Origin: Auanema rhodensis
Taxonomy: Eukaryota; Animalia; Nematoda
Direction of reading: 5' to 3'
Assembly: GCA_964057225.1 (NCBI GenBank)
Contig: OZ059895.1
Location: 18,290,001-18,354,000, forward strand
Length of the DNA stretch: 64,000 nucleotides
The translations under genes were made by a program, and so were the position numbers. The notes beneath the pieces are model-generated. The model saw nothing but the letters and a program-made list of their open reading frames with translations, did not search any database and was not told the origin of the DNA. Every line of letters begins with the position of its first letter. The stretch's first letter is position 1. This document shows, piece by piece, positions 38,001 through 51,500 of the stretch.

Positions 38001-39489
38001 TTTATTCAAACCTACAGTACTTCGAGACTATAAACGAAAGATTGGAGGTGAAACCAAGTGCTGTCTACGTTATTTCAAAAAGAAATTAATAGAATACTCT
38101 CTGTATTATGACGCTTGAAGCATTTTCCAATGTCATTATCTTCTACATTTTCAAAAAAAAAAGGATTTCTGGAGATATGGGGAATTGAACCCCAGCCCTC
38201 TCCCATGCTAAGGGAGCGCTCTACCACTGAGCTATATCCCCACACATGTCCGTGTTTCAAGTTCTTTATTCAAACCTACAGTACTTCGAGACTATAAACG
38301 AAAGATTGGAGGTGAAACCAAGTGCTGTCTACGTTATTTCAAAAAGAAATTAATAGAATACTCTCTGTATTATGACGCTTGAAGCATTTTCCAATGTCAT
38401 TATCTTCTACATTTTCAAAAAAAAAAGGATTTCTGGAGATATGGGGAATTGAACCCCAGCCCTCTCCCATGCTAAGGGAGCGCTCTACCACTGAGCTATA
38501 TCCCCACACATGTCCGTGTTTCAAGTTCTTTATTCAAACCTACAGTACTTCGAGACTATGAACGAAAGATTGGACGTGACAACAAGTGCTGTCTACGTTG
38601 TTTCAAAAAGAAATTAATAGAATACTCTCTGTATTATGACGCTTGAAGCATTTTCCAATGTCATTATCTTCTACATTTTCAAAACAAAAAGGATTTCTGG
38701 AGATATGGGGAATTGAACCCCAGCCCTCTCCCATGCTAAGGGAGCGCTCTACCACTGAGCTATATCCCCACACATATCCGTGTCTCAATTTCTTTATTCA
38801 AATCTACAGTACTTCGAGACTATAAACGAAAGATTGGAGGTGAAACCAAGTGCTGTCTACGTTATTTCAAAAAGAAAATAATAGAATAATCTCTGTATTA
38901 TGACGCTTGAGGCATTTTCCAATGTCATTATCTTCTACATTTTCAAAACAAAAAGGATTTCTGGAGATATGGGGAATTGAACCCCAGCCCTCTCCCATGC
39001 TAAGGGAGCGCTCTACCACTGAGCTATATCCCCACACATGTCCGTGTTTCAAGTTCTTTATTCAAACCTACAGTACTTCGAGACTATAAACGAAAGATTG
39101 GAGGTGAAACCAAGTGCTGTCTACGTTATTTCAGATAGAAAATAATAGAATACTTTTTGTATTATGACGCTTGAAGCATTTTCCAATGTCATTATCTTCT
39201 ACATTTTCAAAACAAAAAGGATTTCTGGAGATATGGGGAATTGAACCCCAGCCCTCTCCCATGCTAAGGGAGCGCTCTACCACTGAGCTATATCCCCACA
39301 CATGTCCGTGTTTCAAGTTCTTTATTCAAACCTACAGTACTTCGAGACTATAAACGAAAGATTGGAGGTGAAACCAAGTGCTGTCTACGTTATTTCAAAA
39401 AGAAATTAATAGAATACTCTCTGTATTATGACGCTTGAAGCATTTTCCAATGTCATTATCTTCTACATTTTCAAAACAAAAAGGATTTC

Positions 39490-39561
39490 TGGTGATATGG
39501 GGAATTGAACCCCAGCCCTCTCCCATGCTAAGGGAGCGCTCTACCACTGAGCTATATCCCC
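39490..39561 (-). pseudogene. tRNA-Ala(AGC) copy lacking G3:U70 (U70>A)
   Basis: + strand tggtgatat instead of tggagatat. Confidence 0.65.
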
Positions 39562-42500
39562 ACACATATCCGTGTCTCAATTTCTTTATTCAAATCTACA
39601 GTACTTCGAGACTATAAACGAAAGATTGGAGGTGAAACCAAGTGCTGTCTACGTTATTTCAAAAAGAAAATAATAGAATAATCTCTGTATTATGACGCTT
39701 GAGGCATTTTCCAATGTCATTATCTTCTACATTTTCAAAACAAAAAGGATTTCTGGAGATATGGGGAATTGAACCCCAGCCCTCTCCCATGCTAAGGGAG
39801 CGCTCTACCACTGAGCTATATCCCCACACATGTCCGTGTTTCAAGTTCTTTATTCAAACCTACAGTACTTCGAGACTATAAACGAAAGATTGGAGGTGAA
39901 ACCAAGTGCTGTCTACGTTATTTCAGATAGAAAATAATAGAATACTTTCTGTATTATGACGCTTGAAGCATTTTCCAATGTCATTATCTTCTACATTTTC
40001 AAAACAAAAAGGATTTCTGGAGATATGGGGAATTGAACCCCAGCCCTCTCCCATGCTAAGGGAGCGCTCTACCACTGAGCTATATCCTCACACATGTCCG
40101 TGTTTCAAGTTCTTTATTCAAACCTACAGTACTTCGAGACTATAAACGAAAGATTGGAGGTGAAACCAAGTGCTGTCTACGTTATTTCAAAAAGAAATTA
40201 ATAGAATACTCTCTGTATTATGACGCTTGAAGCATTTTCCAATGTCATTATCTTCTACATTTTCAAAACAAAAAGGATTTCTGGAGATATGGGGAATTGA
40301 ACCCCAGCCCTCTCCCATGCTAAGGGAGCGCTCTACCACTGAGCTATATCCCCACACATGTCCGTGTTTCAAGTTCTTTATTCAAACCTACAGTACTTTG
40401 AGACTATAAACGAAAGATTGGAGGTGAAACCAAGTGCTGTCTACGTTATTTCAGATAGAAAATAATAGAATACTTTCTGTATTATGACGCTTGAAGCATT
40501 TTCCAATGTCATTATCTTCTACATTTTCAAAACAAAAAGGATTTCTGGAGATATGGGGAATTGAACCCCAGCCCTCTCCCATGCTAAGGGAGCGCTCTAC
40601 CACTGAGCTATATCCCCACACATGTCCGTGTTTCAAGTTCTTTATTCAAACCTACAGTACTTCGAGACTATAAACGAAAGATTGGAGGTGAAACCAAGTG
40701 CTGTCTACGTTATTTCAAAAAGAAATTAATAGAATACTCTCTGTATTATGACGCTTGAAGCATTTTCCAATGTCATTATCTTCTACATTTTCAAAACAAA
40801 AAGGATTTCTGGAGATATGGGGAATTGAACCCCAGCCCTCTCCCATGCTAAGGGAGCGCTCTACCACTGAGCTATATCCCCACACATGTCCGTGTTTCAA
40901 GTTCTTTATTCAAACCTACAGTACTTCGAGACTATAAACGAAAGATTGGAGGTGAAACCAAGTGCTGTCTACGTTATTTCAAGAAGAAATTAATAGAATA
41001 CTCTCTGTATTATGACGCTTGAAGCATTTTCCAATGTCATTATCTTCTACATTTTCAAAACAAAAAGGATTTCTGGAGATATGGGGAATTGAACCCCAGC
41101 CCTCTCCCATGCTAAGGGAGCGCTCTACCACTGAGCTATATCCCCACACATGTCCGTGTTTCAAGTTCTTTATTCAAACCTACAGTACTTCGAGACTATG
41201 AACGAAAGATTGGACGTGAGAACAAGTGCTGTCTACGTTGTTTCAAAAAGAAATTAATAGAATACTCTCTGTATTATGACGCTTGAAGCATTTTCCAATG
41301 TCATTATCTTCTACATTTTCAAAACAAAAAGGATTTCTGGAGATATGGGGAATTGAACCCCAGCCCTCTCCCATGCTAAGGGAGCGCTCTACCACTGAGC
41401 TATATCCCCACACATATCCGTGTCTCAATTTCTTTATTCAAACCTACAGTACTTCGAGACTATAAACGAAAGATTGGAGGTGAAACCAAGTGCTGTCTAC
41501 GTTATTTCAGATAGAAAATAATAGAATACTTTCTGTATTATGACGCTTGAAGCATTTTCCAATGTCATTATCTTCTACATTTTCAAAACAAAAAGGATTT
41601 CTGGAGATATGGGGAATTGAACCCCAGCCCTCTCCCATGCTAAGGGAGCGCTCTACCACTGAGCTATATCCCCACACATATCCGTGTCTCAATTTCTTTA
41701 TTCAAACCTACAGTACTTCGAGACTATAAACGAAAGATTGGAGGTGAAACCAAGTGCTGTCTACGTTATTTCAGATAGAAAATAATAGAATACTTTCTGT
41801 ATTATGACGCTTGAAGCATTTTCCAATGTCATTATCTTCTACATTTTCAAAACAAAAAGGATTTCTGGAGATATGGGGAATTGAACCCAAGCCCTCTCCC
41901 ATGCTAAGGGAGCGCTCTACCACTGAGCTATATCCCCACACATGTCCGTGTTTCAAGTTCTTTATTCAAACCTACAGTACTTCGAGACTATAAACGAAAG
42001 ATTGGAGGTGAAACCAAGTGCTGTCTACGTTATTTCAAGAAGAAATTAATAGAATACTCTCTGTATTATGACGCTTGAAGCATTTTCCAATGTCATTATC
42101 TTCTACATTTTCAAAACAAAAAGGATTTCTGGAGATATGGGGAATTGAACCCCAGCCCTCTCCCATGCTAAGGGAGCGCTCTACCACTGAGCTATATCCC
42201 CACACATGTCCGTGTTTCAAGTTCTTTATTCAAACCTACAGTACTTCGAGACTATGAACGAAAGATTGGACGTGAGAACAAGTGCTGTCTACGTTGTTTC
42301 AAAAAGAAATTAATAGAATACTCTCTGTATTATGACGCTTGAAGCATTTTCCAATGTCATTATCTTCTACATTTTCAAAACAAAAAGGATTTCTGGAGAT
42401 ATGGGGAATTGAACCCCAGCCCTCTCCCATGCTAAGGGAGCGCTCTACCACTGAGCTATATCCCCACACATGTCCGTGTTTCAAGTTCTTTATTCAAACC

Positions 42501-45500
42501 TACAGTACTTCGAGACTATAAACGAAAGATTGGAGGTGAAACCAAGTGCTGTCTACGTTGTTTCAAATAGAAATTAATAGAATACTCTCTGTATTATGAC
42601 GCTTGAAGCATTTTCCAATGTCATTATCTTCTACATTTTCAAAACAAAAAGGATTTCTGGAGATATGGGGAATTGAACCCCAGCCCTCTCCCATGCTAAG
42701 GGAGCGCTCTACCACTGAGCTATATCCCCACACATGTCCGTGTTTCAAGTTCTTTATTCAAACCTACAGTACTTCGAGACTATAAACGAAAGATTGGAGG
42801 TGAAACCAAGTGCTGTCTACGTTATTTCAAGAAGAAATTAATAGAATACTCTCTGTATTATGACGCTTGAAGCATTTTCCAATGTCATTATCTTCTACAT
42901 TTTCAAAACAAAAAGGATTTCTGGAGATATGGGGAATTGAACCCCAGCCCTCTCCCATGCTAAGGGAGCGCTCTACCACTGAGCTATATCCCCACACATG
43001 TCCGTGTTTCAAGTTCTTTATTCAAACCTACAGTACTTCGAGACTATGAACGAAAGATTGGACGTGAGAACAAGTGCTGTCTACGTTGTTTCAAAAAGAA
43101 ATTAATAGAATACTCTCTGTATTATGACGCTTGAAGCATTTTCCAATGTCATTATCTTCTACATTTTCAAAACAAAAAGGATTTCTGGAGATATGGGGAA
43201 TTGAACCCCAGCCCTCTCCCATGCTAAGGGAGCGCTCTACCACTGAGCTATATCCCCACACATGTCCGTGTTTCAAGTTCTTTATTCAAACCTACAGTAC
43301 TTCGAGACTATAAACGAAAGATTGGAGGTGAAACCAAGTGCTGTCTACGTTGTTTCAAATAGAAATTAATAGAATACTCTCTGTATTATGACGCTTGAAG
43401 CATTTTCCAATGTCATTATCTTCTACATTTTCAAAACAAAAAGGATTTCTGGAGATATGGGGAATTGAACCCCAGCCCTCTCCCATGCTAAGGGAGCGCT
43501 CTACCACTGAGCTATATCCCCACACATGTCCGTGTGGCAATTTCTTTATTCAAACCTACAGTACTTCGAGACTATAAACGAAAGATTGGAGGTGAGAACA
43601 AGTGCTGTCTACGTTGTTTCAAAAAGAAATTAATAGAATACTCTCTGTATTATGACGCTTGAAGCATTTTCCAATGTCATTATCTTCTACATTTTCAAAA
43701 CAAAAAGGATTTCTGGAGATATGGGGAATTGAACCCCAGCCCTCTCCCATGCTAAGGGAGCGCTCTACCACTGAGCTATATCCCCACACATATCCGTGTC
43801 TCAATTTCTTTATTCAAACCTACAGTACTTCGAGACTATAAACGAAAGATTGGAGGTGAAACCAAGTGCTGTCTACGTTATTTCAAAAAGAAATTAATAG
43901 AATACTCTCTGTATTATGACGCTTGAAGCATTTTCCAATGTCATTATCTTCTACATTTTCAAAACAAAAAGGATTTCTGGAGATATGGGGAATTGAACCC
44001 CAGCCCTCTCCCATGCTAAGGGAGCGCTCTACCACTGAGCTATATCCCCACACATGTCCGTGTTTCAAGTTCTTTATTCAAACCTACAGTACTTCGAGAC
44101 TATAAACGAAAGATTGGAGGTGAAACCAAGTGCTGTCTACGTTATTTCAAAAAGAAATTAATAGAATACTCTCTGTATTATGACGCTTGAAGCATTTTCC
44201 AATGTCATTATCTTCTACATTTTCAAAACAAAAAGGATTTCTGGAGATATGGGGAATTGAACCCCAGCCCTCTCCCATGCTAAGGGAGCGCTCTACCACT
44301 GAGCTATATCCCCACACATGTCCGTGTTTCAAGTTCTTTATTCAAACCTACAGTACTTCGAGACTATAAACGAAAGATTGGAGGTGAAACCAAGTGCTGT
44401 CTACGTTGTTTCAAATAGAAATTAATAGAATACTCTCTGTATTATGACGCTTGAAGCATTTTCCAATGTCATTATCTTCTACATTTTCAAAACAAAAAGG
44501 ATTTCTGGAGATATGGGGAATTGAACCCCAGCCCTCTCCCATGCTAAGGGAGCGCTCTACCACTGAGCTATATCCCCACACATGTCCGTGTCTCAATTTC
44601 TTTATTCAAACCTACAGTACTTCGAGACTATAAACGAAAGATTGGAGGTGAGAACAAGTGCTGTCTACGTTGTTTCAAAAAGAAATTAATAGAATACTCT
44701 CTGTATTATGACGCTTGAAGCATTTTCCAATGTCATTATCTTCTACATTTTCAAAACAAAAAGGATTTCTGGAGATATGGGGAATTGAACCCCAGCCCTC
44801 TCCCATGCTAAGGGAGCGCTCTACCACTGAGCTATATCCCCACACATATCCGTGTCTCAATTTCTTTATTCAAACCTACAGTACTTCGAGACTATAAACG
44901 AAAGATTGGAGGTGAAACCAAGTGCTGTCTACGTTATTTCAAAAAGAAATTAATAGAATACTCTCTGTATTATGACGCTTGAAGCATTTTCCAATGTCAT
45001 TATCTTCTACATTTTCAAAACAAAAAGGATTTCTGGAGATATGGGGAATTGAACCCCAGCCCTCTCCCATGCTAAGGGAGCGCTCTACCACTGAGCTATA
45101 TCCCCACACATGTCCGTGTTTCAAGTTCTTTATTCAAACCTACAGTACTTCGAGACTATAAACGAAAGATTGGAGGTGAAACCAAGTGCTGTCTACGTTA
45201 TTTCAAAAAGAAATTAATAGAATACTCTCTGTATTATGACGCTTGAAGCATTTTCCAATGTCATTATCTTCTACATTTTCAAAACAAAAAGGATTTCTGG
45301 AGATATGGGGAATTGAACCCCAGCCCTCTCCCATGCTAAGGGAGCGCTCTACCACTGAGCTATATCCCCACACATGTCCGTGTTTCAAGTTCTTTATTCA
45401 AACCTACAGTACTTCGAGACTATAAACGAAAGATTGGAGGTGAAACCAAGTGCTGTCTACGTTGTTTCAAATAGAAATTAATAGAATACTCTCTGTATTA

Positions 45501-48500
45501 TGACGCTTGAAGCATTTTCCAATGTCATTATCTTCTACATTTTCAAAACAAAAAGGATTTCTGGAGATATGGGGAATTGAACCCCAGCCCTCTCCCATGC
45601 TAAGGGAGCGCTCTACCACTGAGCTATATCCCCACACATGTCCGTGTTTCAAGTTCTTTATTCAAACCTACAGTACTTCGAGACTATAAACGAAAGATTG
45701 GAGGTGAAACCAAGTGCTGTCTACGTTGTTTCAAATAGAAATTAATAGAATACTCTCTGTATTATGACGCTTGAAGCATTTTCCAATGTCATTATCTTCT
45801 ACATTTTCAAAACAAAAAGGATTTCTGGAGATATGGGGAATTGAACCCCAGCCCTCTCCCATGCTAAGGGAGCGCTCTACCACTGAGCTATATCCCCACA
45901 CATATCCGTGTCTCAATTTCTTTATTCAAACCTACAGTACTTCGAGACTATAAACGAAAGATTGGAGGTGAAACCAAGTGCTGTCTACGTTGTTTCAAAT
46001 AGAAATTAATAGAATACTCTCTGTATTATGACGCTTGAGGCATTTTCCAACGTCATTATCTTCTACATTTTCAAAACAAAAAGGATTTCTGGAGATATGG
46101 GGAATTGAACCCCAGCCCTCTTCCATGCTAAGGGAGCGCTCTACCACTGAGCTATATCCCCACACATGTCCGTGTTTCAAGTTCTTTATTCAAACCTACA
46201 GTACTTCGAGACTATAAACGAAAGATTGGAGGTGAAACCAAGTGCTGTCTACGTTATTTCAAAAAGAAATTAATAGAATACTCTCTGTATTATGACGCTT
46301 GAAGCATTTTCCAATGTCATTATCTTCTACATTTTCAAAACAAAAAGGATTTCTGGAGATATCGGGAATTGAACCCCAGCCCTCTCCCATGCTAAGGGAG
46401 CGCTCTACCACTGAGCTATATCCCCACACATATCCGTGTCTCAATTTCTTTATTCAAACCTACAGTACTTCGAGACTATAAACGAAAGATTGGAGGTGAA
46501 ACCAAGTGCTGTCTACGTTATTTCAAAAAGAAATTAATAGAATACTCTCTGTATTATGACGCTTGAAGCATTTTCCAATGTCATTATCTTCTACATTTTC
46601 AAAACAAAAAGGATTTCTGGAGATATGGGGAATTGAACCCCAGCCCTCTCCCATGCTAAGGGAGCGCTCTACCACTGAGCTATATCCCCACACATGTCCG
46701 TGTTTCAAGTTCTTTATTCAAACCTACAGTACTTCGAGACTATAAACGAAAGATTGGATTTGAAACCAAGTGCTGTCTACGTTATTTCAGATAGAAAATA
46801 ATAGAATACTTTCTGTATTATGACGCTTGAAGCATTTTCCAATGTCATTATCTTCTACATTTTCAAAACAAAAAGGATTTCTGGAGATATGGGGAATTGA
46901 ACCCCAGCCCTCTCCCATGCTAAGGGAGCGCTCTACCACTGAGCTATATCCCCACACATGTCCGTGTTTCAAGTTCTTTATTCAAACCTACAGTACTTCG
47001 AGACTATAAACGAAAGATTGGAGGTGAAACCAAGTGCTGTCTACGTTGTTTCAAATAGAAATTAATAGAATACTCTCTGTATTATGACGCTTGAAGCATT
47101 TTCCAATGTCATTATCTTCTACATTTTCAAAACAAAAAGGATTTCTGGAGATATGGGGAATTGAACCCCAGCCCTCTCCCATGCTAAGGGAGCGCTCTAC
47201 CACTGAGCTATATCCCCACACATATCCGTGTCTCAATTTCTTTATTCAAACCTACAGTACTTCGAGACTATAAACGAAAGATTGGAGGTGAAACCAAGTG
47301 CTGTCTACGTTATTTCAAAAAGAAATTAATAGAATACTCTCTGTATTATGACGCTTGAAGCATTTTCCAATGTCATTATCTTCTACATTTTCAAAACAAA
47401 AAGGATTTCTGGAGATATGGGGAATTGAACCCCAGCCCTCTCCCATGCTAAGGGAGCGCTCTACCACTGAGCTATATCCCCACACATATCCGTGTCTCAA
47501 TTTCTTTATTCAAACCTACAGTACTTCGAGACTATAAACGAAAGATTGGAGGTGAAACCAAGTGCTGTCTACGTTATTTCAAAAAGAAATTAATAGAATA
47601 CTCTCTGTATTATGACGCTTGAAGCATTTTCCAATGTCATTATCTTCTACATTTTCAAAACAAAAAGGATTTCTGGAGATATGGGGAATTGAACCCCAGC
47701 CCTCTCCCATGCTAAGGGAGCGCTCTACCACTGAGCTATATCCCCACACATGTCCGTGTTTCAAGTTCTTTATTCAAACCTACAGTACTTCGAGACTATA
47801 AACGAAAGATTGGAGGTGAAACCAAGTGCTGTCTACGTTATTTCAGATAGAAAATAATAGAATACTTTCTGTATTATGACGCTTGAAGCATTTTCCAATG
47901 TCATTATCTTCTACATTTTCAAAACAAAAAGGATTTCTGGAGATATGGGGAATTGAACCCCAGCCCTCTCCCATGCTAAGGGAGCGCTCTACCACTGAGC
48001 TATATCCCCACACATGTCCGTGTTTCAAGTTCTTTATTCAAACCTACAGTACTTCGAGACTATAAACGAAAGATTGGAGGTGAAACCAAGTGCTGTCTAC
48101 GTTATTTCAGATAGAAAATAATAGAATACTCTCTGTATTATGACGCTTGAAGCATTTTCCAATGTCATTATCTTCTACATTTTCAAAACAAAAAGGATTT
48201 CTGGAGATATGGGGAATTGAACCCCAGCCCTCTCCCATGCTAAGGGAGCGCTCTACCACTGAGCTATATCCCCACACATGTCCGTGTTTCAAGTTCTTTA
48301 TTCAAACCTACAGTACTTCGAGACTATAAACGAAAGATTGGAGGTGAAACCAAGTGCTGTCTACGTTATTTCAAAAAGAAATTAATAGAATACTCTCTGT
48401 ATTATGACGCTTGAAGCATTTTCCAATGTCATTATCTTCTACATTTTCAAAACAAAAAGGATTTCTGGAGATATGGGGAATTGAACCCCAGCCCTCTCCC

Positions 48501-51500
48501 ATGCTAAGGGAGCGCTCTACCACTGAGCTATATCCCCACACATGTCCGTGTTTCAAGTTCTTTATTCAAACCTACAGTACTTCGAGACTATAAACGAAAG
48601 ATTGGAGGTGAAACCAAGTGCTGTCTACGTTATTTCAGATAGAAAATAATAGAATACTTTCTGTATTATGACGCTTGAAGCATTTTCCAATGTCATTATC
48701 TTCTACATTTTCAAAACAAAAAGGATTTCTGGAGATATGGGGAATTGAACCCCAGCCCTCTCCCATGCTAAGGGAGCGCTCTACCACTGAGCTATATCCC
48801 CACACATGTCCGTGTTTCAAGTTCTTTATTCAAACCTACAGTACTTCGAGACTATAAACGAAAGATTGGAGGTGAAACCAAGTGCTGTCTACGTTGTTTC
48901 AAATAGAAATTAATAGAATACTCTCTGTATTATGACGCTTGAAGCATTTTCCAATGTCATTATCTTCTACATTTTCAAAACAAAAAGGATTTCTGGAGAT
49001 ATGGGGAATTGAACCCCAGCCCTCTCCCATGCTAAGGGAGCGCTCTACCACTGAGCTATATCCCCACACATATCCGTGTCTCAATTTCTTTATTCAAACC
49101 TACAGCACTTCGAGACTATAAACGAAAGATTGGAGGTGAAACCAAGTGCTGTCTACGTTATTTCAAAAAGAAATTAATAGAATACTCTCTGTATTATGAC
49201 GCTTGAAGCATTTTCCAATGTCATTATCTTCTACATTTTCAAAACAAAAAGGATTTCTGGAGATATGGGGAATTGAACCCCAGCCCTCTCCCATGCTAAG
49301 GGAGCGCTCTACCACTGAGCTATATCCCCACACATATCCGTGTCTCAATTTCTTTATTCAAACCTACAGTACTTCGAGACTATAAACGAAAGATTGGAGG
49401 TGAAACCAAGTGCTGTCTACGTTATTTCAGATAGAAAATAATAGAATACTTTCTGTATTATGACGCTTGAAGCATTTTCCAATGTCATTATCTTCTACAT
49501 TTTCAAAACAAAAAGGATTTCTGGAGATATGGGGAATTGAACCCCAGCCCTCTCCCATGCTAAGGGAGCGCTCTACCACTGAGCTATATCCCCACACATG
49601 TCCGTGTTTCAAGTTCTTTATTCAAACCTACAGTACTTCGAGACTATAAACGAAAGATTGGAGGTGAAACCAAGTGCTGTCTACGTTGTTTCAAATAGAA
49701 ATTAATAGAATACTCTCTGTATTATGACGCTTGAAGCATTTTCCAATGTCATTATCTTCTACATTTTCAAAACAAAAAGGATTTCTGGAGATATGGGGAA
49801 TTGAACCCCAGCCCTCTCCCATGCTAAGGGAGCGCTCTACCACTGAGCTATATCCCCACACATATCCGTGTCTCAATTTCTTTATTCAAACCTACAGTAC
49901 TTCGAGACTATAAACGAAAGATTGGAGGTGAAACCAAGTGCTGTCTACGTTATTTCAAAAAGAAATTAATAGAATACTCTCTGTATTATGACGCTTGAAG
50001 CATTTTCCAATGTCATTATCTTCTACATTTTCAAAACAAAAAGGATTTCTGGAGATATGGGGAATTGAACCCCAGCCCTCTCCCATGCTAAGGGAGCGCT
50101 CTACCACTGAGCTATATCCCCACACATGTACGTGTTTCAATTTCTTTATTCAAACCTACAGTACTTCGAGACTATAAACGAAAGATTGGAGGTGAAACCA
50201 AGTGCTGTCTACGTTATTTCAAAAAGAAATTAATAGAATACTCTCTGTATTATGACGCTTGAAGCATTTTCCAATGTCATTATCTTCTACATTTTCAAAA
50301 CAAAAAGGATTTCTGGAGATATGGGGAATTGAACCCCAGCCCTCTCCCATGCTAAGGGAGCGCTCTACCACTGAGCTATATCCCCACACATATCCGTGTC
50401 TCAATTTCTTTATTCAAACCTACAGTACTTCGAGACTATAAACGAAAGATTGGAGGTGAAACCAAGTGCTGTCTACGTTATTTCAAAAAGAAATTAATAG
50501 AATACTCTCTGTATTATGACGCTTGAAGCATTTTCCAATGTCATTATCTTCTACATTTTCAAAACAAAAAGGATTTCTGGAGATATGGGGAATTGAACCC
50601 CAGCCCTCTCCCATGCTAAGGGAGCGCTCTACCACTGAGCTATATCCCCACACATGTCCGTGTTTCAAGTTCTTTATTCAAACCTACAGTACTTCGAGAC
50701 TATAAACGAAAGATTGGACGTGAAAACAAGTGCTGTCTACGTTGTTTCAAATAGAAATTAATAGAATACTCTCTGTATTATGACGCTTGAAGCATTTTCC
50801 AATGTCATTATCTTCTACATTTTCAAAACAAAAAGGATTTCTGGAGATATGGGGAATTGAACCCCAGCCCTCTCCCATGCTAAGGGAGCGCTCTACCACT
50901 GAGCTATATCCCCACACATGTCCGTGTTTCAATTTCTTTATTCAAACCTACAGTACTTCGAGACTATAAACGAAAGATTGGAGGTGAAACCAAGTGCTGT
51001 CTACGTTGTTTCAATTGAAAATCAATGGGATACTCTCTGTATTATGACTCTTAAAGCATTTCTTAATGTCATTATCTTCTACATTTTCAAAACAAAAAGG
51101 ATTTCTGGAGATATGGGGAATTGAACCCCAGCCCTCTCCCATGCTAAGGGAGCGCTCTACCACTGAGCTATATCCCCACACATGTCCGTGTTTCAAGTTC
51201 TTTATTCAAACCTACAGTACTTCGAGACTATAAACGAAAGATTGGACGTGAAAACAAGTGCTGTCTACGTTGTTTCAAATAGAAATTAATAGAATACTCT
51301 CTGTATTATGACGCTTGAAGCATTTTCCAATGTCATTATCTTCTACATTTTCAAAACAAAAAGGATTTCTGGAGATATGGGGAATTGAACCCCAGCCCTC
51401 TCCCATGCTAAGGGAGCGCTCTACCACTGAGCTATATCCCCACACATGTCCGTGTTTCAAGTTCTTTATTCAAACCTACAGTACTTCGAGACTATAAACG

